DNA of 64,000 bases from Dehalococcoidia bacterium (GTDB lineage: Bacteria; Chloroflexota; Dehalococcoidia; GIF9; UBA5629): positions 192,001-256,000 of the forward strand of contig JBEKIW010000003.1 in NCBI GenBank assembly GCA_050011565.1, written 5' to 3'. Each line of letters begins with the position of its first letter. Position 1 is the stretch's first letter. A program made the position numbers and the translations under genes. Shown piece by piece: positions 37,342 to 47,519 of this stretch. The notes below the pieces were generated by a model. The model was not told where the DNA came from. It did not search any database and saw only the letters and a list, made by a program, of their open reading frames with translations.

Positions 37342-37468
37342 AACCTTAGCATAGCACTATCGCTCAAGCATGGTCAAGGGTTTGGAAATTCAAAATGATA
37401 CACTACCAAAAACTAAGGCAAGTTGACAGAATTTGTCAGCCAAACTAAACTAGATACTACTAATAAAC

Positions 37469-38431
37469 ATGGACAAATATAATTGGTTTTTAGCATTAAC
37501 TGTAGCTTTGCTGATAGTTTTGATGACTTCGGCTGGCTGCATGTTAGCTACGCCTACCCCTGAAACGGCGTCAACTGCTGATATGGGTAATATCTCTACC
37601 GCTGTGCCCGAAGCGGAAGCCCCCAACAGTTCCGCTTCAGCCACAGCCACACCGCCAGATAATACCGTGATAAGCAACGACCCGGTCTCGGGCCAAAATG
37701 AGGAAGTTGACCTGCGTTGGGAACAGCTTTGCCTGTCCAGCGAGTATCAGGTGCAAATCGCTAAAGACCCGGGGTTTACGGTGATAGTCCTTGACACGGG
37801 CTCGTTCGCGCCCGCCTCCTCGGAGTCGCCCGGCGCCTACTACCCTGCGGGTGGCCGAGCCGCATCTCCGTCTTCGCTGACCACGTGGGCTAATTTGGAG
37901 GCAGGACATACCTATTATTGGCGGGCAAGAGCCCGGCAGGCAGCTACCGGCCAGCATATGCTCAGTCCCTGGTCCGAAGTCGAAAGCTTCACTATTAAAT
38001 CAGGGGCTCCGGCAAGCACTACATCGTACGGGATACAGCCGACATACCCAAATAACGGTCGTAATATCTATCCTGTAAAACCGGTATCTTTCAGCTGGTC
38101 ACCTTCGAACGATACCACCAAGTACAGGTTCGTGCTGGCTAAGGACGCAGCCATGACTGAGGTCGTCAAAGAGGCAGTGGTAACCACTACCGCCTATGAC
38201 TACGATGGCGAACTGGAATACAGCCAGGCCTATTTCTGGAGGGTTATGGCACTCGAGCCAGCGCCCAGCGACTGGTCGGCAACGTTTAGCTTCCAGACCG
38301 AGCTGGCTCCCTCATCCTCTCAAGCGGTACCAGCTCCACAAACCCCACTCTGGGCCTGGGTGTTCATAGTAGTCGGTTTAATTCTGCTCATTGTAATTAT
38401 AGCCCTCATCTTTAGAATGCGTCACCTATAA
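37469..38431 (+). CDS. Lipoprotein paralogous to the C-terminal Fn3-like region of the S-layer-like protein
   Basis: Lipobox TSAGC; DPVSG..EVxLxWEQLC, PWSEV, APSDWSATFSFQTE and TPxWxW-TM shared with 27193-31056. Confidence 0.82.
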   Translation: MDKYNWFLALTVALLIVLMTSAGCMLATPTPETASTADMGNISTAVPEAEAPNSSASATATPPDNTVISNDPVSGQNEEVDLRWEQLCLSSEYQVQIAKDPGFTVIVLDTGSFAPASSESPGAYYPAGGRAASPSSLTTWANLEAGHTYYWRARARQAATGQHMLSPWSEVESFTIKSGAPASTTSYGIQPTYPNNGRNIYPVKPVSFSWSPSNDTTKYRFVLAKDAAMTEVVKEAVVTTTAYDYDGELEYSQAYFWRVMALEPAPSDWSATFSFQTELAPSSSQAVPAPQTPLWAWVFIVVGLILLIVIIALIFRMRHL

Positions 38432-38665
38432 GCTTAATGACAAAACTTGACAAGCTGCAAGAGAGTTCTTATAATTAAAAGAAACCACTTACCCCTACAT
38501 TCAAACTTGTCATCCATTTAAGTTTCCCAGCAATGAACCGTACAAAATATGTACGTATAGTTATAACTAGAACTGCATTATGGTGATTCATATATTTACT
38601 TACGCCGAAAAACTCTGCCACCCAGGAGAATTCGCTCCCCGAAATCGTAAGCATCGAACAAACTG

Positions 38666-40297
38666 ATGAGCAAATACATCTTCGTTACCGGTGGCGTAGT
38701 TAGCTCAGTGGGCAAGGGTATCAGCGTCGCCTCTATCGGCAGAATCTTGAAAAGCCGCGATATTTCGGTCTCTGTTCAGAAATTGGACCCGTACCTTAAC
38801 GTAGACCCGGGAACTATGTCCCCGTACCAGCATGGCGAAGTTTTTGTCACTCAAGACGGTGCTGAGACCGACCTTGACCTGGGGCACTACGAGAGATTCA
38901 TCGATGTCGATTTAACGTCTGCTTCCAATGTCACCTCAGGTCAAATTTACTCGGCGGTTATTGCCGGGGAGAGACGAGGGGATTATCTTGGCGGTACTAT
39001 TCAGGTGATACCACATGTCACCAACGAGATAAAGCGGCGGATAAGGGAGGTAGCGGACCTCTCACACGCTGAAGTGGTTATCGTTGAGGTTGGTGGCACC
39101 GTGGGCGATATTGAGGGCTTGCCGTTTCTGGAAGCTATCCGCCAGATGCGAAATGAAGAAGGCAGAGACAATGTCCTCTACGTTCACGTTACTTTCCTGC
39201 CGCACATTGCCACCACCAACGAACTTAAGACCAAGCCGACTCAACACAGCGTCAACGAGTTAAGACGCATCGGCATTCAACCGGACATTGTTTTGTGCCG
39301 CTCGGATTACGAAATTCCTCAAAGCTTGAAGGACAAGATATCTCTTTTCTGCGATGTGGCTAAAGAAGCCGTCATTCCACTGGTCACCGCTGAGACCATC
39401 TACGAGGTGCCGCTCATGCTTGAGGAGACCGGTTTAAGCGAGTTGATTATTCACCGGCTCGGTCTTGAAGCTAAAGATGTCGACCTCAAAGAGTGGAGAG
39501 CCATGGTGGCCAAACTGAAGACCCCCAAAGACCCGGTGTCCATCGCCCTTGTAGGCAAATATGTTGAACTTCGGGACGCTTATTATTCCGTGCGAGAAGC
39601 TCTGTGTCATGCGGGACTGTACCATGACCGGCAGATAAATCTGTTGTGGGTTCATTCCGAAGACCTGCAGTGCGATAGTAGTATTAATCTGTTGAAGTCA
39701 GCCCAAGGCATCATCGTCCCGGGAGGCTTCGGTTACCGTGGTATAGAAGGCATGATAAGCGCTGTAAATTATGCCCGCCAGAACAATATCCCTTACCTGG
39801 GCTTATGCCTGGGTATGCAGGTTATGGTTATTGAATTCGGGCGTTATGCTTTAGGCAATAATCAGGCGAACTCCACCGAATTCGACCCCAAAACTCCATA
39901 TCCGGTAATAGACCTCTTACCGGACCAACACAAAATCAGCGATATGGGTGGCACTATGAGGCTCGGTACCTATCCCTGCCACCTGGTCCCCAGCACAAAA
40001 GCAGCTGAAGCTTACGGGGCGGATATAGTCTACGAGCGACACCGTCACCGATTTGAATTCAACAACCTTTTCCGCGACCAGCTGGAACAGAAAGGACTTA
40101 TCGCCAGCGGGCTATCTCCGGATAATCGTCTGGTTGAAATAGTTGAAGTCAAAGACCATCCCTGGATGGTGGCTTGCCAGTTTCATCCTGAATTCAAGTC
40201 ACGTCCCAATAACCCGCACCCGTTATTTGCCAGTTTCGTCGGAGCTGCCAAGGAGACTTTGATCGAAGGCGCTCAAGTTACACTGCCACTATCATGA
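38666..40297 (+). CDS. pyrG: CTP synthase
   Basis: [42 protein letters not shown]. Confidence 0.98.
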   Translation: MSKYIFVTGGVVSSVGKGISVASIGRILKSRDISVSVQKLDPYLNVDPGTMSPYQHGEVFVTQDGAETDLDLGHYERFIDVDLTSASNVTSGQIYSAVIAGERRGDYLGGTIQVIPHVTNEIKRRIREVADLSHAEVVIVEVGGTVGDIEGLPFLEAIRQMRNEEGRDNVLYVHVTFLPHIATTNELKTKPTQHSVNELRRIGIQPDIVLCRSDYEIPQSLKDKISLFCDVAKEAVIPLVTAETIYEVPLMLEETGLSELIIHRLGLEAKDVDLKEWRAMVAKLKTPKDPVSIALVGKYVELRDAYYSVREALCHAGLYHDRQINLLWVHSEDLQCDSSINLLKSAQGIIVPGGFGYRGIEGMISAVNYARQNNIPYLGLCLGMQVMVIEFGRYALGNNQANSTEFDPKTPYPVIDLLPDQHKISDMGGTMRLGTYPCHLVPSTKAAEAYGADIVYERHRHRFEFNNLFRDQLEQKGLIASGLSPDNRLVEIVEVKDHPWMVACQFHPEFKSRPNNPHPLFASFVGAAKETLIEGAQVTLPLS

Positions 40298-40333
40298 AAT
40301 TAACATATACCGGATTATCTTTTGGAGGGATAC

Positions 40334-41011
40334 ATGCGACTCTTTCTAGATACAGCTAATATCGAACATATCCGGCACGGCGTCAGGCTCGGAGTAATTA
40401 CCGGCGTGACCACAAATCCAAGCCTGATATCAAAAGAGGGCAAGGTGGATTTTAAACACCATGTCCGGGAAATCTGCTCTATTGTTCCCGGGCCGGTATC
40501 AACCGAGGTGCTGAGCCAGAATGCAGCAGATATGGTCCGTGAAGCTAAAGAGGTTGCCTCTTGGGCAAAAAATGTGGTCGTAAAAATACCAGCCAGCTTA
40601 GATGGGGTGGAAGCTACGTACCAGCTTGCCAGAGCGGGTGTGAAAGTGAATTTCACCCTGTGCTTTTCCGTAAATCAAGCTCTGCTCGCTGCCATAGCCG
40701 GTGCTACCTTTGTAAGTCCTTTCGTGGGCAGGCTTGATGACATCGGTGAAAACGGCATGAGGCTGGTTAAAGAGATTGTCGAGGTCTACAAAAATTATCC
40801 TGATTCCATTAAGACACAGGTGCTCGCCGCCAGTATCAGGCATCCGCAGCACTGCATCGAGGCAGCCACGGCTGGCGCCCACATAGCCAGCGTCCCATAT
40901 CAGGTATTGATGCAGATGATTCAACATCCTTTGACCGATATCGGCATCAAACGGTTTCTGGAAGACTGGCACAAAGTAATGGGTACCGGTACCGAAGGTG
41001 CTAGGCGTTAA
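40334..41011 (+). CDS. Transaldolase / fructose-6-phosphate aldolase family protein
   Basis: [33 protein letters not shown]. Confidence 0.93.
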   Translation: MRLFLDTANIEHIRHGVRLGVITGVTTNPSLISKEGKVDFKHHVREICSIVPGPVSTEVLSQNAADMVREAKEVASWAKNVVVKIPASLDGVEATYQLARAGVKVNFTLCFSVNQALLAAIAGATFVSPFVGRLDDIGENGMRLVKEIVEVYKNYPDSIKTQVLAASIRHPQHCIEAATAGAHIASVPYQVLMQMIQHPLTDIGIKRFLEDWHKVMGTGTEGARR

Positions 41012-41047
41012 AATACTAATTATTACTTTACATGAGAGGGTACTAAC

Positions 41048-42310
41048 ATGAACGTTGCTGAACTTGAAACCAAGACAAGAGACGAGCTGGTCGAGATGGC
41101 CAAACAACAGGGCGTTGAAGGTTACAGCGGGCTGAAGAAACAAGACCTTATCATGCGGCTGGTACAGGCACATGCTGAACAACAGGGCTACCTGTTCGTC
41201 AGTGGTATACTTGATATCGTTGGCGAAGGTTATGGGTTTTTGCGTCAGGAAAGCCTTCTGCCGGGACCCGACGATATCTATATCTCCAACTCGCAGATTC
41301 GCCGCTTCAGTTTAAGGTCCGGTGATACCGTATCGGGACAGGGCAGGCCACCTAAAGAGGGCGAGAAATACTGCAGCCTGATTCGCGTTGAGGCAATTAA
41401 TGGCATCGACCCGGAGCAATCCAGGAACCGGCCTCATTTCAACTCTCTGACACCGACCTTCCCTGATAAAATGTATAATCTGGAGACCAAACCACACTAT
41501 TTGTCAACGCGGCTCATAAACCTGATAGCGCCTATAGGTCGAGGCCAACGTGGACTTATTGTTTCACCGCCTAAAGCTGGCAAAACCGTGCTTCTTAAGC
41601 ATATAGCCAACGCCATTACCACCAACTACACCGATCCTCATCTCATGGTATGCCTTATCGGCGAAAGGCCGGAGGAAGTAACCGATATGAAACGCTCGGT
41701 AAAAGCCGAGGTTGTAGCCGCTACTTTCGATGACCTGGCCGAGAATCAAACACGTGTAGCCGAACTGGCTCTGGACAGAGCCAAAAGGCTGGTGGAAATA
41801 GGCAAGGATGTAATTATCCTGCTTGATGGTATCACACGTCTAACACGAGCCTATAATCTGGCCATGCCACCCAGCGGGCGCACCCTATCCGGAGGTATTG
41901 ATTCGGTAGCCCTCTATCCGCCAAAGCGCTTCTTAGGCGCCGCTCGTAATATGGAAGAAGGAGGCAGCCTGACCATCATCGCTACTTGCCTGGTAGATAC
42001 CGGCAGCCGGATGGACGAGCTGATTTACGAAGAATTTAAAGGCACAGGCAATATGGAACTGCATCTCGATCGCCACCTGGCCGAAAAGAGAATCTTCCCG
42101 GCCCTGGATATATTACACAGTGGCACGCGCCGCGAGGAACTGCTACTTGATGAAACTACTATGAAGCAAGTATGGCTGCTCAGGCGCATAGTGAATATGC
42201 TGGCCGAAGACTCACCGAACAGCACTGAAGCTACTGAGAGACTTCTCGACCGTTTGGCTAAAACTCAAACCAATGCTGAATTTTTGGCAACACTGTCCAA
42301 AGATGTATAA
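41048..42310 (+). CDS. rho: Transcription termination factor Rho
   Basis: [41 protein letters not shown]. Confidence 0.98.
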   Translation: MNVAELETKTRDELVEMAKQQGVEGYSGLKKQDLIMRLVQAHAEQQGYLFVSGILDIVGEGYGFLRQESLLPGPDDIYISNSQIRRFSLRSGDTVSGQGRPPKEGEKYCSLIRVEAINGIDPEQSRNRPHFNSLTPTFPDKMYNLETKPHYLSTRLINLIAPIGRGQRGLIVSPPKAGKTVLLKHIANAITTNYTDPHLMVCLIGERPEEVTDMKRSVKAEVVAATFDDLAENQTRVAELALDRAKRLVEIGKDVIILLDGITRLTRAYNLAMPPSGRTLSGGIDSVALYPPKRFLGAARNMEEGGSLTIIATCLVDTGSRMDELIYEEFKGTGNMELHLDRHLAEKRIFPALDILHSGTRREELLLDETTMKQVWLLRRIVNMLAEDSPNSTEATERLLDRLAKTQTNAEFLATLSKDV

Positions 42311-42406
42311 GAGGACAGCCATCTGCCATAACCCTGGGCCCAGGCTCTCTATTGACTTTAATCCATTTCGTGTTATGATAGCAGACAAAATGGCTTGGAG
42401 GAAGCA

Positions 42407-44194
42407 ATGAAAGCAGGAGCTACAGGTACAGCACTCGCCATTCTATTGCTCGCTGTTTGCCTGACACCGATACCTGTCCACGCGGATTCTCTAATGTTGA
42501 ACACTGCCCAAGGTATTGTGGGCACAAATGTGACCATTCCTTCGGTGACTGGCTACGGCCTTGGTAATTACGAGCTTTACTGGGGCGAAAATGACCTGCT
42601 GATAGGCCAGGGCGAAATTAAGCAGGGCGTAGTTTCAATAGCTTTTATTGTTCCGGAAGCCTCCAGAGGCAAACACAAAGTCACCTTGAAAATCGCCGGC
42701 AACTTTTTCACTAGCGACTTTATCGTCATTCCCGCTATAGGCCTCAGCAGTAACGAGGGTACCGTAGGCTCAAATCTGACAATTGCCGGGAAAGGCTTTA
42801 ATGCCAATGAATCGAACATACAGGTAACCTTCGACGCTAACCCGGCACAAACTGGGATTGTGGCCGGTAGTAAAGGAAGCTGGCAAATCACTATAAAAGT
42901 TCCGGCGAGCAGTCGAGGCCAGCATATTATCGATGCTGCAGGCACCACACCTGCTTCCGAGGTTGAAGATAAAGAATTCACAGTAATCCCGGAAATCGAA
43001 ACCAACCCGTCGTCCGGCTGGGTAAACACGGTAGTAGGCATATACGGCAGCGGGTTTGCTACCGGCGAAACCAACATAAAAGTAACGTACGATGGCGGAA
43101 CAGTAAAAACGGATATAGCGGCCGATGCCAAAGGTTCATGGCAGTCCAGTTTCTCAATCCCGTCATCCTCTAGAGGCAGCCACGATATAAGAGCTTACGG
43201 AGCGGTTACCAACGAAAGTGATTTACAATCAGCTAGCTTCTCCGTATCTCCGGGAATAAAACTTGAACCGGTCTCCGGTTACCTGGGCGGTGCTATTTAT
43301 GTAGGTGATGGTCTATATATCGGCGGCGTCGGCTTCGAAGCTAACGAAACCAATATCAAAGTCACTTATGACGGAGCGCTGGCTATCAGTAATATCACAG
43401 CCGATACCAAGGGCTCATGGTCAGATAAATTAGATGTGCCTCCGTCTAGCAAGGGAGAGCATATCATCGATGCTTCTGGAGAAATTACTAAAGCTAGCGA
43501 TATCGTCGACGCTATTGTAATTGTTTCACCCAAGGTAGAACTGAATCCCGCTTCGGGCGCTATAGGCAGTGATATAACGGTTCACGGCACTGGTTTTGCA
43601 GCCAATCAGGTTATAACTATCAGCTACGATGGCGCCAAGGTTGCCTCCGGCGCAGCCACAGACGCCAAAGGCGTTTTCACGACCAGCTTCAAAATTCCAC
43701 AAAGTAGAGCTGGCGACCATACAGTAACCGTTACCGACCCAACGGCCGCCGTATTCTCAATGAACTTGAGTGTAGAGTCAGTGCCGCCGCCAACACCCAA
43801 TCTCATATCTCCGGAGGCCGGCAGCGAGTTCGGGTCCTTCGGCAAAACTATCGTTACCTTCCGCTGGTCAGCCGTCGAAGACCCCAGCGGAGTCTACTAT
43901 GTATTGGAAATAAGCCCCAGTTCCGATTTTGCTGGTACAGTAATTCGAAAAGAGGGCTTAACCGTGACCGACTACACGCTGGCTAAGAACGAGGCTCTCA
44001 CCAAAGGGAACTATTATTGGAGAGTCAGAGCTGTAGACGGTGCCGATAATCAGGGCGATTGGACAAACGGACAACTCTTTAAGATTGGCGGCATCGACTG
44101 GTGGCTAATTCTACTCATCGCCGTGGCTGTCATAGTTGTAATCGTTATTATCTGGCGTTTCGCATCTGTCAACCGAAAGGACAAATGGAAATAA
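42407..44194 (+). CDS. Secreted multi-IPT/TIG plus Fn3-like surface protein with C-terminal TM anchor
   Basis: Signal peptide (VHA), repeated GxGFxAxExNIxVTxD units, DPSGV.Y, YYWRVRAVDGA; paralog of 25211-26560. Confidence 0.85.
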   Translation: MKAGATGTALAILLLAVCLTPIPVHADSLMLNTAQGIVGTNVTIPSVTGYGLGNYELYWGENDLLIGQGEIKQGVVSIAFIVPEASRGKHKVTLKIAGNFFTSDFIVIPAIGLSSNEGTVGSNLTIAGKGFNANESNIQVTFDANPAQTGIVAGSKGSWQITIKVPASSRGQHIIDAAGTTPASEVEDKEFTVIPEIETNPSSGWVNTVVGIYGSGFATGETNIKVTYDGGTVKTDIAADAKGSWQSSFSIPSSSRGSHDIRAYGAVTNESDLQSASFSVSPGIKLEPVSGYLGGAIYVGDGLYIGGVGFEANETNIKVTYDGALAISNITADTKGSWSDKLDVPPSSKGEHIIDASGEITKASDIVDAIVIVSPKVELNPASGAIGSDITVHGTGFAANQVITISYDGAKVASGAATDAKGVFTTSFKIPQSRAGDHTVTVTDPTAAVFSMNLSVESVPPPTPNLISPEAGSEFGSFGKTIVTFRWSAVEDPSGVYYVLEISPSSDFAGTVIRKEGLTVTDYTLAKNEALTKGNYYWRVRAVDGADNQGDWTNGQLFKIGGIDWWLILLIAVAVIVVIVIIWRFASVNRKDKWK

Positions 44195-44277
44195 AGGCCG
44201 TAAACTTGACAATCTGAGACTAATAGCATAATATGAAACAAATTAACCAATATGTTAACACAAAGTAAGGAGGTATC

Positions 44278-45459
44278 ATGAGACTATTGGTTATCGGATT
44301 AGGGCAATGTGGCTCCCGAGTCGCCGATCAGTTTGTCCGTTTAAATAAGCGGGCAGCAGCGCAGTGGGGCATCAATATAGTCACGGGAACCTTTGCCGTA
44401 AATACGGACCAAACCGACCTGACTGGTTTAACTCATATAGGCACCGATTTTATGCATCGCATCCTCATCGGCGGTCGTAAGACCTGGGGACATGGTGTGG
44501 GCAAGATAAACGAGATGGGCGCCGAGTTAGCCAGAGAGGACGGTGACAAGGTAGTTGATGCCATCAGAACTGCACCCAATTTTTACCAGACCCATGCTTT
44601 CATGCTTATCGCTGGGGCGGCCGGTGGTACCGGCTCGGGTGCCATATCGGTAATCGCCCAAATGCTTAAAGAACGATACGTTGGCAAGCCGGTCTACGCC
44701 CTGGTGGTTCTTCCCTTCGAACACGAGGAAATGGCGGAGCTAAGAAGCGTTTACAATACCGCGACTTGTCTAAAGTCAATACAGTCGGTAGCCGATGGCG
44801 TCTTTCTGGCAGATAATCAACGCTATGTTAGAAAGGACGCCAGCCTGGCAATGAACCTGGATAGAATAAACTCAACCATTGCCGAACCTTTTTACGATAT
44901 GATGTGTGCCGGCGAGATAACTAGATTTAAATACGTCGGTGCTAAAGTGCTGGATGCCGGTGATATAATGCAGTCCATAGACGGCTGGACGGCAATAGGG
45001 GTTGGCCGAACCAGCATACCGCGTGCCTTCCGCTTTCCCTGGGAACTGAACAAGGTCAGCTTCAAGGAGAAGAGCGATGAGAGTCTAAGGGCTATGCAGG
45101 CTATGGACGCCGCCTTCAGTGAGCTTTCCGTCGGCTGCAGCCCCGAGGATGCCGGCAGAGCCTTATATCTGCTCTCGGCACCGGCGAAGGACATGTCTAT
45201 GGACATCGCCAAAGGTTTAGGCGACTATCTCAGAGAACTCGCAGAAAATGCAGTAATCAGAGCCGGCGACTTCCCCAGAGGTGGGGTAACCGTCGACGTC
45301 ACCGTAATACTTTCTCAGCTAGCCTTCGTCCAGAAGATAAGAGACTACTACGACAGAGCTACAGCCTTTGCTCAGACCCAGAAGGAGCGGATAAAGGAGA
45401 CAACGGGCAGGCTCCGTGACATGGAAGAAGCCGCTAAGGGATTGCCCAGCTTAATCTAG
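44278..45459 (+). CDS. Tubulin/FtsZ superfamily protein, CetZ-like (intact GTP motifs)
   Basis: GLGQCG, AVNTD, GHGVG, GAAGGTGSG, VLPF, DN, VLDAGD; TTGACA promoter and AGGAGG RBS. Confidence 0.9.
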   Translation: MRLLVIGLGQCGSRVADQFVRLNKRAAAQWGINIVTGTFAVNTDQTDLTGLTHIGTDFMHRILIGGRKTWGHGVGKINEMGAELAREDGDKVVDAIRTAPNFYQTHAFMLIAGAAGGTGSGAISVIAQMLKERYVGKPVYALVVLPFEHEEMAELRSVYNTATCLKSIQSVADGVFLADNQRYVRKDASLAMNLDRINSTIAEPFYDMMCAGEITRFKYVGAKVLDAGDIMQSIDGWTAIGVGRTSIPRAFRFPWELNKVSFKEKSDESLRAMQAMDAAFSELSVGCSPEDAGRALYLLSAPAKDMSMDIAKGLGDYLRELAENAVIRAGDFPRGGVTVDVTVILSQLAFVQKIRDYYDRATAFAQTQKERIKETTGRLRDMEEAAKGLPSLI

Positions 45460-45488
45460 CCATATCAAATATTATTCTGACAAAACAT

Positions 45489-45520
45489 AAGGGGAGGGAT
45501 AAACCCTCCCCTTTATTATT
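45489..45520 (+). terminator. Rho-independent terminator
   Basis: aaggggaggg-ataaa-ccctcccctt followed by a T-rich tract. Confidence 0.8.
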
Positions 45521-45560
45521 TAAGAAGGTCCGTCCCTACTTTTTTATATTCTGGCCCCTC

Positions 45561-45626
45561 CTTACGCTCATTCCGAGCTTCCTTTACGCATATTCCGGTC
45601 TTTCTTTACGCTCATTCTGAGCTTGT
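45561..45626. repeat. Three degenerate 22-bp tandem repeats
   Basis: cttacgctcattccgagcttcc / tttacgcatattccggtctttc / tttacgctcattctgagcttgt. Confidence 0.7.
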
Positions 45627-45657
45627 CGAAGAATCCGCAGGGAAACGTCTACTTTCC

Positions 45658-47064
45658 TCAGTCAGATAATAGCCCTCTAGCCTTTCGTGGCATCCACTTA
45701 TTGGCCGCTTGAACCACCATAGCCAGGCTCATCAGATAATCATCATGACCATCACTGCTATCGACAAAGAAGTTCAATGTCTGGCTGGGTCTGTATATGC
45801 TCTTAGCTTTCTGAAGCTCAAACATCAACTCCCTATAATCTTCGGAGTCGTCCTGTTGGTAAAGCTTGAGCCTGCCGGAGTTTACAGCCGCCAATAAATC
45901 GAAGCCCGCTTCAGACTTCGTCTTTTGAGTAAATTTAAAGGGGATAACTTTACCGCCCAATGATTTACGTAAGAAGCTGGTTACGGGCTCACCAATGCCC
46001 GTGGCGTCGGCGACAATTCGGCTGCATCTCCATAAGTTTTTCAGTATGTCCACCATCTGAGGGTATAGTTCAGCATGCTTCTTGCCCACCCAGCTATAGT
46101 TCTCAACTACATGTACTCTGGGCTCCCTGGCCGGTATGTCCATACCATCATATGTAACCTCAGCAATGGTTATGACGGTGGCGTCTCTGCCCGAGCGGGT
46201 CAGAATATCATCTTCGAGCTGCTCCGACTCGCCGGCGAAATCTATGCCGGCTACGTAGACCCTGCCTTCCTGCAGGCGGCTAAGTCTGAGATGTTCGCCC
46301 CTTAGTTGGGCGATTTGCTGGTTGGTCAGGAAACCACCTCCGCCTCGAATTGGCAGTAGAGCATATTGAGTCCGGAACAGAGGATGGTCTTCGCCGAGAC
46401 GCTGCCGTTCGGACTCAATAAAGGATTTGTAACTTGGATTATATTTGGCTACTTCCTGCCAGTCATAACGGAAATGGCGCTTAATACCATCCTTCTTCTC
46501 CAGCTCCAGGTTAGTCTGCTTTACCTCTTCCAGCAAGGTAGTATCGTCCCAGGTTGTGCCATAGTGAACAGTGGTGGCATTTGAAGCTGATACCATGGGC
46601 CGGAATTCTTTGGTATATTTATCCTTAGCTACGTCCTGGGATTCGTCTATCTCTAGCAGTATGTCGGCGGTATGCCCCACTACCGAAGCTGATTCGTCAG
46701 CGGAAAGAAATATCTGTCTGGCATTGCCCAGCCTGACCATATAGCCAGCCTCGGTAAACCAGATGCCGCCGAAACCGAAATCGTTTAGCCTGTCCTTGAG
46801 CCGGCTAATGGAGATAATTGTCTGCGGTTTGAACGTTGGGGAACACTTGATGGCATTGCCGCCGGCAGCCATGAACATTGTCAGCAGTAAAACTTCGAGA
46901 TGTACCGAAAGCTCATTCTTACCACCCTGGCGGGCGATTTCGACCGAAAAGGTCAAACCTAAATTACCCTGAATGCTCTCGATGATGGCTTTGGACGCTT
47001 CAGCTTGATAGGGCGCAATTTCATTTCGAAAAATAAAAGGAAAAGGGAACTCGAGGAAAAACAA
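45658..47064 (-). CDS. Phage terminase large subunit-like protein (5' end uncertain; possible frameshift)
   Basis: PYQ motif, Walker A ARQGGKN, Walker B LEIDESQ, YGTT, nuclease AGIDFAG, DATGIG, HDDYLMSLA. Confidence 0.85.
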   Translation of the reverse strand: MFFLEFPFPFIFRNEIAPYQAEASKAIIESIQGNLGLTFSVEIARQGGKNELSVHLEVLLLTMFMAAGGNAIKCSPTFKPQTIISISRLKDRLNDFGFGGIWFTEAGYMVRLGNARQIFLSADESASVVGHTADILLEIDESQDVAKDKYTKEFRPMVSASNATTVHYGTTWDDTTLLEEVKQTNLELEKKDGIKRHFRYDWQEVAKYNPSYKSFIESERQRLGEDHPLFRTQYALLPIRGGGGFLTNQQIAQLRGEHLRLSRLQEGRVYVAGIDFAGESEQLEDDILTRSGRDATVITIAEVTYDGMDIPAREPRVHVVENYSWVGKKHAELYPQMVDILKNLWRCSRIVADATGIGEPVTSFLRKSLGGKVIPFKFTQKTKSEAGFDLLAAVNSGRLKLYQQDDSEDYRELMFELQKAKSIYRPSQTLNFFVDSSDGHDDYLMSLAMVVQAANKWMPRKARGLLSD

Positions 47065-47089
47065 AACCGGCGGTCTCTTATTGAAACCT

Positions 47090-47419
47090 TTAGCTTCTTA
47101 TCAGCGTCTTAACACCCAGGGGAATAGCTATCTCAGTTAATACTTTGGTGATAGCCTCCTTAAGAGACTTCTTCTGTTCCTTGCTGATGTTATAGCGGGT
47201 TGTTACCAGCCGGGCAATAGTGGTAGCCAATCTCAGATGCAGGTCAAATTTCTCCGGCGCGGCGACAATAAGCTCCCTGAGCTTAACGCGAAGTATGGCA
47301 ATCTCCTCGTCAATACCCTCTATGCCCCTAGCTTCTTCAAGCTCCAGCCTCTCGGCTTCATTAAGTGCCTGTCCGTAAAATACCTGTCTTTTGCTTTTTG
47401 CGGCGTTCTTTCTTACCAT
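47090..47419 (-). CDS. Putative terminase small subunit-like helical protein
   Basis: RKNAAK..FYGQAL..GIDEEIAILRVKLRELI; immediately upstream of the large subunit. Confidence 0.6.
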   Translation of the reverse strand: MVRKNAAKSKRQVFYGQALNEAERLELEEARGIEGIDEEIAILRVKLRELIVAAPEKFDLHLRLATTIARLVTTRYNISKEQKKSLKEAITKVLTEIAIPLGVKTLIRS

Positions 47420-47510
47420 TTTCCATCGCCCTGATAATTCCATAGACCAAAGCATAAGCAGCCAGGTCATATCTCTGACTATCTAATGCAACCTTCAACA
47501 ACTTCGCCAT
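47361..47510 (-). CDS. Small hypothetical protein (49 aa), first gene of the terminase operon
   Basis: MAKLLKVALDSQRYDLAAYALVYGIIRAMENGKKERRKKQKTGILRTGT; ATG follows the -10 box by 9 nt, the same spacing as at 25046. Confidence 0.55.
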   Translation of the reverse strand: MAKLLKVALDSQRYDLAAYALVYGIIRAMENGKKERRKKQKTGILRTGT

Positions 47511-47519
47511 GTCATCATC

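Larger units (their letters stand above)
34635..37407 (-). mobile_element. Complete IS1-family element with passenger toxin-antitoxin module (2773 bp)
   Basis: Perfect 16-bp TIR GGTAGTGTATCATTTT at 34635-34650 and 37392-37407; 8-bp target duplication AAAAACTA at 34627-34634 and 37408-37415. Confidence 0.93.

Noticed and set aside
44278-47064. Tubulin gene as a phage PhuZ/TubZ belonging to the terminase module
   Set aside because: Opposite strand, own promoter and terminator, and motifs closer to CetZ-like proteins; adjacency alone is insufficient.
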